64,000 bases of DNA from IMG/VR virus record IMGVR_UViG_3300028844_004047, positions 16,350 through 80,349 of that record, one strand, 5' to 3'. Origin of the DNA: a virus. The notes under the pieces were generated by a model. It was not told the origin of the DNA and ran no database searches. It saw nothing but the letters and a program-made list of their open reading frames with translations. Shown piece after piece: positions 10,284-19,604 of this stretch; the stretch's first letter is position 1; each line of letters opens with the position of its first letter. Both the position numbers and the translations under genes were made by a program.

Positions 10284-10765
10284 TTGAAAAAATTAAAACA
10301 TGGATAGAAGAATTCGTTTCAACACATAACGAAACTATTGGACACGTTCCATGCCCATTTGCCAAACAGGCAATGTTAACAGATAAAATTAGATACAAGG
10401 AAGTAAACAGAGACAATACAGTTTCTACACTAGAAGACCTTGTAGATAATTGGAATGACAAATATGAAGTTGTAGTTGTTTATGCAAGAACATCAGAAAT
10501 GACACCAATGGAATTAGCCAAACTTGTTGAAGACTTTAATGAGGAGGCTATGAAAAAAGATATTGTAGCACTAGAAGATCATCCTAATGATTTTGAGATG
10601 TTAAATGGTGTTAAGATGAATTTTGGTAGTGCAATACTAATATTAGTTCAAAGATTAAGTAAACTTAATAATGCAAGTAAAATGTTACAAAAACAAGGGT
10701 ATTACGAAAACTGGAAACAAGAAAACTATGATGATGTAGTATCTTGGAGATTCAAAAGCCAATAA
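10280..10765 (+). CDS. DUF1415-like protein
   Basis: WIEEFV...PCPFAKQA...DHP pattern. Confidence 0.55.
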   Translation: MIEKIKTWIEEFVSTHNETIGHVPCPFAKQAMLTDKIRYKEVNRDNTVSTLEDLVDNWNDKYEVVVVYARTSEMTPMELAKLVEDFNEEAMKKDIVALEDHPNDFEMLNGVKMNFGSAILILVQRLSKLNNASKMLQKQGYYENWKQENYDDVVSWRFKSQ

Positions 10766-10792
10766 ATACTACTTTAAGTAGGAGTATTATTA

Positions 10793-11215
10793 ATGGCCAT
10801 ATATGCCCGAGTAGATTTATCTAAATGTAATTACACAACGTTACCAAATTACAAGGTAATCAAGTCTCCTAATATAACAGAATTAAATAAAATTTACACA
10901 AAGTACTGTAGGTATAAAAAGTTTAAGAGTGTAATGCCTATATTTGATAGTGATTATAAAAACAATGATGTAATAGGTTATTACGACAATGACAAACTTG
11001 TTGCATTTAGTATTATCATAATACAAGATAAAGAAAATGTTGAAGCATTACAATTTGCATGGGATTATAAAAATCCTAAACTATTTTTAGGATTAAGAAG
11101 TTTAAGAAATGAATGTGCTATATATAAAGCAAAAGGCTACAAGTATATGTACTTAGGTGAAGCACATTCTTATAAAAAACAGATAGATGGCTTTGAGGTA
11201 TTAGGACCTCTATAA
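10793..11215 (+). CDS. Arginyl/leucyl-tRNA--protein transferase C-terminal-like (ATE_C/Bpt, GNAT fold) protein
   Basis: GYYDNDKLVAFS...QFAWDY...LGLRSLRNECAIYKAKGYKYMYLG...YK resembles the ATE_C signature (L.AV...Y.FYDP..SLG..aiL.eI..a...gl.Y.YLGY....YK). Confidence 0.6.
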   Translation: MAIYARVDLSKCNYTTLPNYKVIKSPNITELNKIYTKYCRYKKFKSVMPIFDSDYKNNDVIGYYDNDKLVAFSIIIIQDKENVEALQFAWDYKNPKLFLGLRSLRNECAIYKAKGYKYMYLGEAHSYKKQIDGFEVLGPL

Positions 11216-11216
11216 T

Positions 11217-12455
11217 ATGACATATAGAATTAATAAGGCAAATGCATACAATGGATGGGATCCTTTAAAACAGGTTGTACTTGGAAATGTATTTGAACCA
11301 GAGTTCTTTGAAGACCTTAAAGACCATAAGTTAAGAGATTTACTACAAAAACTTTTATACGAAACACACGAAGATTTAGACAACATACAAAAAACACTTG
11401 AAGATTTAGGAGTTGATGTAGTACGTTTACACCCTAATTTAACTCAAGCCGCCACGTTGGCAGAAACAACAACACACGGCGTTGGTTATTCTAGTATTAT
11501 GGAATACTATGAAGAACAAAAATCAGCATTTAATGGAATACCTAAGCCTGCATTAATGCCTAGAGATTACTTAATAACAATGGGCGATAAAATATTGTTA
11601 ACACAACAATATCCAGAGTTTCACAAATTTATGACATCAAGCGGACAAAACTTTATTAATCCGGATTGTTTGGATATGAGATTAACAGTTGATCCAAAAA
11701 AAAGAAAATTTAGAGGACCATTAAGACCTAGAAAAGAATATGTTGAATATGATACTACATATAAAGCAGAATGGTTTGATGTAAATATTCCAGAAGGAAC
11801 GTTTTCTAATGATCCTGATTTTATAAGAGCAATGGGTTATACTTGGGGATTTTGGGCACCAACTGTAACTAGAGTTGGCGACACTTTAATATTAGATACT
11901 AAAGATGTTGAAAATTTAGATGATGTAATGATAGAATTGTATCCACAATTTAAACGTACAAATACTGCTAACGGTGGTCACAGTGATGCAACATTTAATT
12001 TACCTAAACCTGGACTTGTTATTTGTGCTTCTTATCTAGATAAAGATACTTTTAAAGAAACTTGCCCGGGCTGGGACGTTTTAAAAATTCGTACAGGTAC
12101 AGAAAAAACTATGGAATCAGAATATGGTAGTTGGCAACAACAAAAGCATCTTACTGATGGTAAATGGTGGACACCTGATGCTAAAGATAATCCAGGATAT
12201 ACAAAGTTTATTGAAGAATGGTTAAACACTTGGACAGGGTATTCAGAAGAAACACAATTCGAAGTTAATATGTTAAGTGTAAATGAAAATACAATTTTAT
12301 CTATGAATTACCAAAAGCAAGTACATGATAAATTAAAAGAACATAAAATTGAGCCTATTTACTGTCGTTTTAGACACAGAAACTTCTGGGATGGTGGTTT
12401 ACACTGCTTAACACTAGATACAGTTCGTGAAGGTGGAATGCAAAGTTACTTTTAA
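11217..12455 (+). CDS. Amidinotransferase (glycine/inosamine-phosphate amidinotransferase family)
   Basis: NAYNGWDPLKQVVLG, MPRD, GHSD, NMLSV, DGGLHCLTLDTVREG catalytic Asp/His/Cys motifs. Confidence 0.85.
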   Translation: MTYRINKANAYNGWDPLKQVVLGNVFEPEFFEDLKDHKLRDLLQKLLYETHEDLDNIQKTLEDLGVDVVRLHPNLTQAATLAETTTHGVGYSSIMEYYEEQKSAFNGIPKPALMPRDYLITMGDKILLTQQYPEFHKFMTSSGQNFINPDCLDMRLTVDPKKRKFRGPLRPRKEYVEYDTTYKAEWFDVNIPEGTFSNDPDFIRAMGYTWGFWAPTVTRVGDTLILDTKDVENLDDVMIELYPQFKRTNTANGGHSDATFNLPKPGLVICASYLDKDTFKETCPGWDVLKIRTGTEKTMESEYGSWQQQKHLTDGKWWTPDAKDNPGYTKFIEEWLNTWTGYSEETQFEVNMLSVNENTILSMNYQKQVHDKLKEHKIEPIYCRFRHRNFWDGGLHCLTLDTVREGGMQSYF

Positions 12456-12472
12456 AAGGAGTAAATACTATT

Positions 12473-12934
12473 ATGGAAGACGTTAGTTTAGCAATCGGAA
12501 GTGACCACAGAGGTATAAAACTTAAAAACTATATATATGATTATGTAGCACCCAATACAGATGAAGAGCCTACAAAATTTAACATTAGTGTGTTAATTGA
12601 CGTAGGAGCATATGATGATAAATCTGTTGATTACCCAGATATTGTAAGTGAAGTAGCAAATAATATGGAGCATCAAACACATGGTATTCTAGTATGTGGT
12701 TCTGGATTTGGTGTAACTATTGCGGCAAATAGATATCCACATATCAGAGCGGCAAATTGTAGAACAGTAAAAGATGTAGTAATGGCTCGAAAACATAACA
12801 ACATAAATGTATTGTGTTTAGGTGCAGACTTTGTTAAAGTTACAGATGCTAAAGACATTGTTAAAGCATTTTTTAATACAAAGTTTGAAGGCGGCAGACA
12901 CGAAAAGAGATTAGGAAAATTGCGAAATGTATGA
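12473..12934 (+). CDS. rpiB: Ribose-5-phosphate isomerase B
   Basis: IGSDHRG, VDYPD, CGSGFG, ARKHNNINVLCLG, FEGGRHEKR. Confidence 0.95.
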   Translation: MEDVSLAIGSDHRGIKLKNYIYDYVAPNTDEEPTKFNISVLIDVGAYDDKSVDYPDIVSEVANNMEHQTHGILVCGSGFGVTIAANRYPHIRAANCRTVKDVVMARKHNNINVLCLGADFVKVTDAKDIVKAFFNTKFEGGRHEKRLGKLRNV

Positions 12935-13160
12935 TCCAAGAGGTGAAGATTTATCTAAAATAAAAGATGATGATTTAGTTGAACGTATTAGTAACTTACA
13001 CAAAAGAATGAAGTTCTTTTATAATACAGGCAATAATCAAGCAATATTACAGTTAAACGTTATGTTGTCTGAAGCAAATGCTGAACAACAACGTAGATGG
13101 GCCAAACAGGGCCAAGCACAGTTAGATAAAAAAGAAAAGAATAATATACTTGACAACTAA
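12927..13160 (+). CDS. Hypothetical coiled-coil protein
   Basis: Overlaps the rpiB stop; phage-like codon usage. Confidence 0.6.
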   Translation: MYDPRGEDLSKIKDDDLVERISNLHKRMKFFYNTGNNQAILQLNVMLSEANAEQQRRWAKQGQAQLDKKEKNNILDN

Positions 13161-13189
13161 CCTTCATATGTTGTATAATATACAATAAT

Positions 13190-13714
13190 ATGGAAAGAAA
13201 TATGCATACTGACGAATACGGCATCGTATATCATAATGAATTAGAGTTATTTGAAGAACTTTATAAGAATCCTAAATTAGACATTAGTAAGTTTAATGTA
13301 ACTGATCCAGAGACTTATAATAAAAGTGCAGATAGACTTTATAGTGATGGGCCAAGATTACACTCGATAGAAAAGCCAAGCATTTCTGTAGAAGATTTTG
13401 ATAAAGAAAATCAAAGTCAATGGAATATGCCAAAAGAATATGAAGAATTTGATATATGCAAATGGTTATTGGAACAATGCAATAATGATGCAGAGTTACA
13501 AAGAGTCGGTGCAGAACTTCTTTTGTATCAAGAAAGAAATTTACTAAATCTATTAAAGTTTTTAAAGTATTTTGTGGAAACTATGAAGAAAAATAACGTA
13601 GTTATGGGACTAGGACGTGGTTCTAGTGTTTCAAGTTTTGTTTTATACAAGATAGGTGTACACAAAGTTAACAGTATGTACTATGATTTAGATGTGGGTG
13701 AATTCCTTAGATAA
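13190..13714 (+). CDS. DNA polymerase III alpha (DnaE)-like fragment
   Basis: R...EL...........FL.....MKKNNVVMGLGRGSSVSSFVLYKIGVHKVNSMYYDL..EFL matches the DnaE GxGRGSAAGSLVAY.LGIT..DP..YDL.FERFL region; promoter TTGACA 13150/TATAAT 13174. Confidence 0.75.
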   Translation: MERNMHTDEYGIVYHNELELFEELYKNPKLDISKFNVTDPETYNKSADRLYSDGPRLHSIEKPSISVEDFDKENQSQWNMPKEYEEFDICKWLLEQCNNDAELQRVGAELLLYQERNLLNLLKFLKYFVETMKKNNVVMGLGRGSSVSSFVLYKIGVHKVNSMYYDLDVGEFLR

Positions 13715-13745
13715 ATAATAGTAGTATATAACTTGGAGAAATATA

Positions 13746-14288
13746 ATGGCAAATAAGACATATAGAACTGCTAATGGTAAGCAAGTTGATATCGAGACAT
13801 TGTCTTTGCAAAATGAAACAATTATTGCAGTAGGCAACATGAGTGTAAATGCTCGTGGAGACCAACTTGGAGAAGGCGGCAAAATTGTTAGGACTAGAGA
13901 AGAGGTTATGAAAGAGCATTATGCAGTAACTAATTCTATTGTTCCAAATGATGACGCTATGCCTAGAGATCCTAATGTGGAGAACATTGAACAACCAGTA
14001 CAGGCACAACAACCTGCACCAGTTCATGAAACTCCGCCGGAACCTACACCAGAAGCAAATAAAATCGTTGAAGATGATCCTGCAGGTCCACTAGATGAAC
14101 CAGTAGCAGAAGGTCAAAATGACGAATGGGTAGAAGATGAAGATGGTAACTTTGTAAGACCAGAAGATGCAAAAGCATCAACTAAAGGTATTGCAGATGC
14201 ACTAGCAACATCTAAGTCAGTGAGTGTTCCTATGGAACAAACACCTAAACAAAAAGCAAGAGCTAAAAAAGGTATTAAGAGAATATAA
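13746..14288 (+). CDS. Hypothetical late protein with acidic Pro-rich middle
   Basis: Late promoter 13710, GGAG RBS; GNMSVNARGDQLG motif. Confidence 0.7.
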   Translation: MANKTYRTANGKQVDIETLSLQNETIIAVGNMSVNARGDQLGEGGKIVRTREEVMKEHYAVTNSIVPNDDAMPRDPNVENIEQPVQAQQPAPVHETPPEPTPEANKIVEDDPAGPLDEPVAEGQNDEWVEDEDGNFVRPEDAKASTKGIADALATSKSVSVPMEQTPKQKARAKKGIKRI

Positions 14289-14653
14289 TGCAAGTAAATC
14301 ATAAACCCTCATACGAAGGAACTTATAAAGCAAATAGTGTAAAAGCATTGCATGATAATGTTCTAGTTAAAGACATGAACTTCGAAGAAAGAGTAACAGC
14401 CGGCGGAATTATCTTACGAAGTGATGATGGCACAAGCGACGGCGTTCGACCACGATGGGCTGAAGTTTATGCAGTCGGTTCAAAACAAGTAGATGTAAAA
14501 CCAGGACAATGGGTTTATGTCGAACATGGTAGATGGACACGTGGCGTACAAATTGAAGATAGCGAAGGAAACACATTTAAACTTCGTAAAGTAGATAAAG
14601 ACTCCATATTACTAGTATCTGATGAGGATCAAAGTGACTTTTCCGATAAATAG
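14288..14653 (+). CDS. groES: Co-chaperonin GroES (gp31-like)
   Basis: ALHDNVLVK, TAGGIIL, AEVYAVG, VKPGQWV. Confidence 0.85.
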   Translation: MQVNHKPSYEGTYKANSVKALHDNVLVKDMNFEERVTAGGIILRSDDGTSDGVRPRWAEVYAVGSKQVDVKPGQWVYVEHGRWTRGVQIEDSEGNTFKLRKVDKDSILLVSDEDQSDFSDK

Positions 14654-14728
14654 TAATGTACAAAATGTACATAATTAAACTATACGCCTCGAGGTAGTAA
14701 TACTGGAAGGATCTTAGGAGAAAATAAA

Positions 14729-14986
14729 ATGGCAATTAGACATATATCTGATTTAGACGACAATAACGCAACAACATTCGCAGACATGACGGCATGGTAT
14801 GCTACACATGGTCCTTGTGGATCAAACAACACTGGTTGTACTTCAATTAACTTTGAATTACACACAGATGGACAAGGTTGTCGTAGAACAATTATATTTG
14901 AAGATGAAACCCAATTTCAGGCTTTCTTCCCAAATAGTGTTGACAAGGCTTTTACTGTAACAAGAATCGAAAAAGTAACTATATAA
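14729..14986 (+). CDS. Hypothetical protein, paralogue of 15001..15273
   Basis: AGGAG RBS; MAIRH..HG..GS..FEL...G.RRT..FED shared with the next ORF. Confidence 0.7.
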   Translation: MAIRHISDLDDNNATTFADMTAWYATHGPCGSNNTGCTSINFELHTDGQGCRRTIIFEDETQFQAFFPNSVDKAFTVTRIEKVTI

Positions 14987-15000
14987 TAGGACCTAGTTAA

Positions 15001-15273
15001 ATGGCTATTAGACACGTTGCAGACATTGTTACGAAAAACGGAAATACATACGAAAATTTAGAAGAGTTTATTCTAGAACACGGCATGGTAGGATCAGGTG
15101 GCCCAAACACAGTTTCGGCTGATTTTGAATTATTACCTGCTAGAAATGGATTTAGAAGAACAGTAGTTTTTGAAGACAAAGCTCGTTATGATGCTTATTT
15201 TCCGATGATTAGTAACGCCGATTCGGCAAAGACTTGGACGTCAACAAAAGTTAGCGAAGAAATCATAGATTAG
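15001..15273 (+). CDS. Hypothetical protein, paralogue of 14729..14986
   Basis: Same motif set as the upstream ORF. Confidence 0.7.
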   Translation: MAIRHVADIVTKNGNTYENLEEFILEHGMVGSGGPNTVSADFELLPARNGFRRTVVFEDKARYDAYFPMISNADSAKTWTSTKVSEEIID

Positions 15274-15276
15274 TTC

Positions 15277-15305
15277 TTGACTTTCAAAACTTAATTGTAT
15301 ATAAT
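15277..15305 (+). promoter_or_regulatory. sigma70-type early promoter
   Basis: TTGACT-17nt-TATAAT. Confidence 0.7.
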
Positions 15306-15333
15306 ATAATTAAATTACTTAAAAAGGTGCTCG

Positions 15334-16251
15334 ATGAAAGAACTATGGACTGAAAAATATAGACCCGCTTCTGTGGGTGATTATGTGTTTCGTGATGAAG
15401 CACAAAAGAAACAAGTTGAATCTTGGGTTTTGTCCGGCGCCATACCGCATCTACTTTTTAGTGGTGCACCTGGCGTTGGCAAAACTACACTAGCAAAGAT
15501 TCTTATTAACGAACTAGGCATCGATCAATATGATGTACTAGAAATAAATGCTAGTAGAGAAAATTCAGTAGACACAATTAGAGACAAAATAACTGGCTTT
15601 GTACAAACAATGCCTTTTGGAGAGTTTAAGATTGTACTACTAGACGAGGCGGACTACATTAGTCCAAATGGTCAGGCGGCATTACGTGGTGTTATGGAAA
15701 CATATGCCAGTACTGCTAGATTTGTTTTAACGTGTAATTATCCAAATAGAGTAATTCCAGCATTACATAGTCGTTGTCAAGGATTTCATATTGAAAAAAT
15801 TGATACAACAGAATTTACGGCAAGGATTGCCAAAATTCTTATTGACGAAAATGTGAAGTTTGAATTAGATGTTTTGGACAGTTACGTTAAAGCCACATAT
15901 CCAGACTTGCGTAAGAGTTTAAACTTATGTCAGATGAATACTGTGGATGGTGAGCTACAAAGCCCGAAGGAAAGTGAAAATACTACTGCTGATTATAAAC
16001 TAGCAATGGTAGACTTGTTTAAAGAAGGTAAAATTCGAGAAGCAAGAAAACTATTAACTAGTCAAGTAAGAGCAGACGAGATGGAAGATTTATTCCGTTG
16101 GATGTATGATAATTTGGAACTTTGGAGTGACACTGACGAAGGACAAGACAAGGCGATTCTAACAATTAGAAATGGTTTAGTTAATCATGCTCTAGTTAGC
16201 GATCCAGAGATCAATCTTTCAGCAACATTGGTTGAACTATCTCAGATTTAA
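15334..16251 (+). CDS. Clamp loader ATPase subunit (T4 gp44/RFC small subunit)
   Basis: LWTEKYRP, GAPGVGKT (Walker A), LEINAS, LLDEAD (Walker B), ALHSRC. Confidence 0.93.
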   Translation: MKELWTEKYRPASVGDYVFRDEAQKKQVESWVLSGAIPHLLFSGAPGVGKTTLAKILINELGIDQYDVLEINASRENSVDTIRDKITGFVQTMPFGEFKIVLLDEADYISPNGQAALRGVMETYASTARFVLTCNYPNRVIPALHSRCQGFHIEKIDTTEFTARIAKILIDENVKFELDVLDSYVKATYPDLRKSLNLCQMNTVDGELQSPKESENTTADYKLAMVDLFKEGKIREARKLLTSQVRADEMEDLFRWMYDNLELWSDTDEGQDKAILTIRNGLVNHALVSDPEINLSATLVELSQI

Positions 16252-16371
16252 TCTAAGACACAACCTGTAAGACATATAACTTGAGGCACCGATAGGTGTC
16301 TTTAGTTGTGATATAGTGATTACAATAAGTGTAATTGCGTTATATTTTTTTATTTAATAAGGATAATAATA

Positions 16372-16977
16372 ATGAAAAAAATATTAATGTTAGTTTCTGT
16401 TTTAACAATGATGGCAACATCGGCGTTTGCAGAAAATTATGATAATGGTACAATTGAACTGGTAGCAGTTACTGACAGTTATGCCATATCAATTAAAACA
16501 CCAGAAACTGGAGCAAACGAATATGGTATTGCAAAAGATTTAGGTGTCGTAAACGGTGAGCTCAAATTCTTTCAAAACGGTAGTGTAAATGATTACCAAT
16601 TGAAAGCATCAAAAGAATTAGTCATGCCAATTGGTGGCGGTGTTGACATTGAGCCCATTGCAGAAACATATGCAGGTGCAGGCTTGGCGTACAAATGGGG
16701 AGATAGTTTAACTAATGAAACTGTTACTGCTTCTCCGTATATTGGCGTACAAAAATCTGTAAGTGTATTAACACCATTTGTTGAAGTAGGTTTTGACTGG
16801 CAATCAACAAGCAATGATGTTTTAGACTTTGATAGGAATAATTCTTATTTAGAGTATGGAACAACATTTACAGTAAGTGAATCTATGCTTTTAAAAGCAT
16901 CTATTGTTGAAGATCGTTCAAAGAGCTTTGACTTAGAAGATAGAGAACTTGCTTTAGGAATAGTTGTTAGTTTCTAA
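16372..16977 (+). CDS. Secreted outer-membrane beta-barrel (porin-like) protein
   Basis: Sec signal peptide (..TSAFA), alternating amphipathic beta strands, C-terminal Phe (LGIVVSF). Confidence 0.65.
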   Translation: MKKILMLVSVLTMMATSAFAENYDNGTIELVAVTDSYAISIKTPETGANEYGIAKDLGVVNGELKFFQNGSVNDYQLKASKELVMPIGGGVDIEPIAETYAGAGLAYKWGDSLTNETVTASPYIGVQKSVSVLTPFVEVGFDWQSTSNDVLDFDRNNSYLEYGTTFTVSESMLLKASIVEDRSKSFDLEDRELALGIVVSF

Positions 16978-16996
16978 CTATAATACAGCCAAAAAG

Positions 16997-17032
16997 AAAC
17001 CCAGTATACAATTAAGTGTACTGGGTTTTTTT
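16997..17032. terminator. Bidirectional intrinsic terminator
   Basis: AAACCCAGTATACA..TGTACTGGGTTTTTTT, flanked by A and T runs, between convergent genes. Confidence 0.85.
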
Positions 17033-17040
17033 ATGAATTA

Positions 17041-17565
17041 TTAATCTTGTGTTTTGTTTTTCTTATCTTCGTTTGCTTTTAACTTACGTTCTAGCTCTTT
17101 AATTTTTTTATCTTTAATATTTTCATCAGCAATATCTTGTTTTTTTCTTAACTCGTCTGATTTCCATACTTGACTACACTTGTCTTTAAGTTCTTTAAAG
17201 TCAAGTCCTAGTTCAAGTCCTTTGTATCTACCACACATTTTCAACAATTCTAATTGCTGTCTTATTGCGGCATTTTCTGTTACAATACCTCTATAACGTT
17301 TTGTACAGGTACTTTGTAATGGGATTCTAAATCTAATACCAATAGTAGCTCTATCATCATCATATCCGTTATTAACGTTTGATCCTGCACCTCTATTAGT
17401 GTTTTGACTATATTCGATATATGGTTCTAATGCGGCGCCACTACAATGTTGATCAGAGTTTAAGTAATCGTTTCTTGCATGAGCAGGGCTAACAAAAAAT
17501 GCAAATAAAGCCAAAGCCGCTAGTAGTAAAAATGTAAATCGTAAGTCCATCCTTGAGCCCTCCAT
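17041..17565 (-). CDS. Hypothetical secreted protein
   Basis: Signal peptide (..SPAHA), Cys pairs, charged C-terminus. Confidence 0.7.
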   Translation of the reverse strand: MEGSRMDLRFTFLLLAALALFAFFVSPAHARNDYLNSDQHCSGAALEPYIEYSQNTNRGAGSNVNNGYDDDRATIGIRFRIPLQSTCTKRYRGIVTENAAIRQQLELLKMCGRYKGLELGLDFKELKDKCSQVWKSDELRKKQDIADENIKDKKIKELERKLKANEDKKNKTQD

Positions 17566-17984
17566 TAGTAACCACCTGTCAGTTCACGTTTTAAATCTTT
17601 AATATCATATGTGAGTTGATTAAGTTCGTCACTTAATTTGTAATAACTTTCTTCTAATGCTCTTAGCTCTGCCGCACTAGCCATTTTGAAGGATCCATCT
17701 CTAAGGGCTTCTGCTTTAATTCTAATTTCAGTAATTCGTGAGAATGTATCTGTCATTTGTATAACAAGTTCTTCACGTGCTTCATTGTATTTTTGTGTTA
17801 AGTTTTTTATCTCTATACCATACTTTTCGTCAACTGATGCAATCCTTTGAGTATGCTCACTTAGAAGTATAGTATGGGCGGCAATAGTGTTGTTTAATGT
17901 GGATACAACATTTATACCTGTGTAAAGAGAACCTATTAGTGCAAGGGCAATAGGGAGCCAAGTAAATACTTTTTTTAATTCCAT
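17565..17984 (-). CDS. Hypothetical TM-anchored coiled-coil protein
   Basis: N-terminal TM, heptad pattern; GAGGA RBS and reverse late promoter GGTAAATAC near 18015. Confidence 0.7.
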   Translation of the reverse strand: MELKKVFTWLPIALALIGSLYTGINVVSTLNNTIAAHTILLSEHTQRIASVDEKYGIEIKNLTQKYNEAREELVIQMTDTFSRITEIRIKAEALRDGSFKMASAAELRALEESYYKLSDELNQLTYDIKDLKRELTGGY

Positions 17985-18055
17985 CGGTTTTCCTCGTTAA
18001 AACTGCCCTTCAGTGTATTTACCAAAAAAAAGCAAAAAAACCCCGTCTTTTTAGG

Positions 18056-18083
18056 TTGACAAATAGGACAGATATGTTAATAT
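18056..18083 (+). promoter_or_regulatory. Early promoter cassette
   Basis: GGTTGACA...TGTTAATAT followed by TATAGTATAAGTTAACAAAAGGA; the same cassette occurs at 22361 and 62433. Confidence 0.7.
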
Positions 18084-18112
18084 ATAGTATAAGTTAACAA
18101 AAGGACTACATT

Positions 18113-18376
18113 ATGAAACGTAATTATAGATCAGCCTACAATGAACTACTAAAGATGCAATGTCCTGTTATTGAGGGCGGCGATAGGGGCGAAGATACGT
18201 TCCGTATTAGTGCAGAACAAAACTGTGAAGATGTCAACGAAACTGTATGGGCAGACTACAACAATATGGGTTTGGGTTTGTTTGGTGTTAACAACAAGAT
18301 TAATGCAGTGTTAGACAAGCATGGATTGTATGCAGAATGGATTAATCCTGGTGTTCTATCAGTACAAGAAGTATAG
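18113..18376 (+). CDS. Hypothetical early protein
   Basis: Own promoter and RBS; LDKHGLYAEWINPG motif. Confidence 0.7.
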   Translation: MKRNYRSAYNELLKMQCPVIEGGDRGEDTFRISAEQNCEDVNETVWADYNNMGLGLFGVNNKINAVLDKHGLYAEWINPGVLSVQEV

Positions 18377-18476
18377 TTAGGTAATTTTTTCGATTGACAC
18401 TTTGAGTAAAGATGCTATTATAGTATTATAAGATAATAAACCTTAGGCTGGATATGCCGCAACAGAGGAATATGAG

Positions 18477-19604
18477 ATGAGTAAACACGCAGATATTGTA
18501 AATGAACAATACAACCATAAAGAGAGTAATTTTGTCTCTTTACAAACCCGTATAACAGAAGCATTTAAACTTGCACCTAAGTTTGAAGCACAACTCGAAG
18601 CAGTTGTAGAAGAATTCAAAAGACGTAACAAAGATAACTGGTCATCATACAGTGACATGGAATTAGTACAAGCAATTCCTGTAGATTTTAGTAAAATACT
18701 AATCGACTCAACAATGCAACGTCCTGTTAATATGCGTCATGTATTAAAAATCCTAAACTATTTTAGTCAAACTATGGTTATGCCTATACAAGTATATAAA
18801 GAAGGTGACAATTATATTGCTTGGGACGGACAACATACTAGTATTGCACTTTATCTTATACTTACAAAAGTATTTGGTGAACGTCAAGTAGGTACAATGA
18901 TTCCTGTTAACATTTATCCAGTTAAGCAAAAATTAGAAATTCGTAGAAACTTTATTCTACTTAATGGTGATGCTAAAGAGAAACTAGATTTTATCGATAC
19001 ATATCGTCAAATGGTTTATGGTGCTATTATTGATAACAGTGATGATCCTATTTGGCAAGACACTGCTAAAATTAATGACTATTTAAAAGAAGCAGGTCTA
19101 TTTGCTACACACGAAAAGTTTGGTGATGATAGAGAGTCTGGTGCATTTACATTGTTGGCTGATACTATTATGACAAAGAAGTTAGAAAAACGTAAAGACG
19201 TTGATGTAACTCGTATGTTTGCAAAGTATTGGGTTTATATTAATGATGAACGTCCTGTACAAGCAAAAGAAGCCAGAATGCTTTATGAATACTTTGATGC
19301 TTGTTTTAAAGATAATGTAAAAGTAGATGACAAATACTTGTTAGACTTTGCATTATTCTGTAAAGAATACTTTGAAGCAAATTGGTCTGAAACAGGATCG
19401 TTTTGGAGTAAAGTAAAACTATCTTATGAAACTTGGTATAAAAAGGCTAACCCAGAAGAATTTGAAGAAAATGGTTTAAAAGGTTTTACTACAGAACCAC
19501 GTTTTGGTGTTCCGTTTTTGATTGCACAACTTAAAAAAAGTACTAAACTTAAAACACCTAAGTACAAACACTTGTATGCAGTTGATGGAAAGGATCTTTG
19601 GTAA
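18477..19604 (+). CDS. ParB/Srx-like (DGQHR/DUF262-related) domain protein
   Basis: ILIDSTMQRP...PIQVY...YIAWDGQHT motif; own promoter TTGACA 18394/TATTAT 18416. Confidence 0.7.
   Translation: MSKHADIVNEQYNHKESNFVSLQTRITEAFKLAPKFEAQLEAVVEEFKRRNKDNWSSYSDMELVQAIPVDFSKILIDSTMQRPVNMRHVLKILNYFSQTMVMPIQVYKEGDNYIAWDGQHTSIALYLILTKVFGERQVGTMIPVNIYPVKQKLEIRRNFILLNGDAKEKLDFIDTYRQMVYGAIIDNSDDPIWQDTAKINDYLKEAGLFATHEKFGDDRESGAFTLLADTIMTKKLEKRKDVDVTRMFAKYWVYINDERPVQAKEARMLYEYFDACFKDNVKVDDKYLLDFALFCKEYFEANWSETGSFWSKVKLSYETWYKKANPEEFEENGLKGFTTEPRFGVPFLIAQLKKSTKLKTPKYKHLYAVDGKDLW

Noticed and set aside
14680-14728. GC-richer leader (CGCCTCGAGGTAGTAATACTGGAAGGATCTTAGGAG) as an ncRNA
   Set aside because: Only 3-4 bp stems and no recognisable family; insufficient support.
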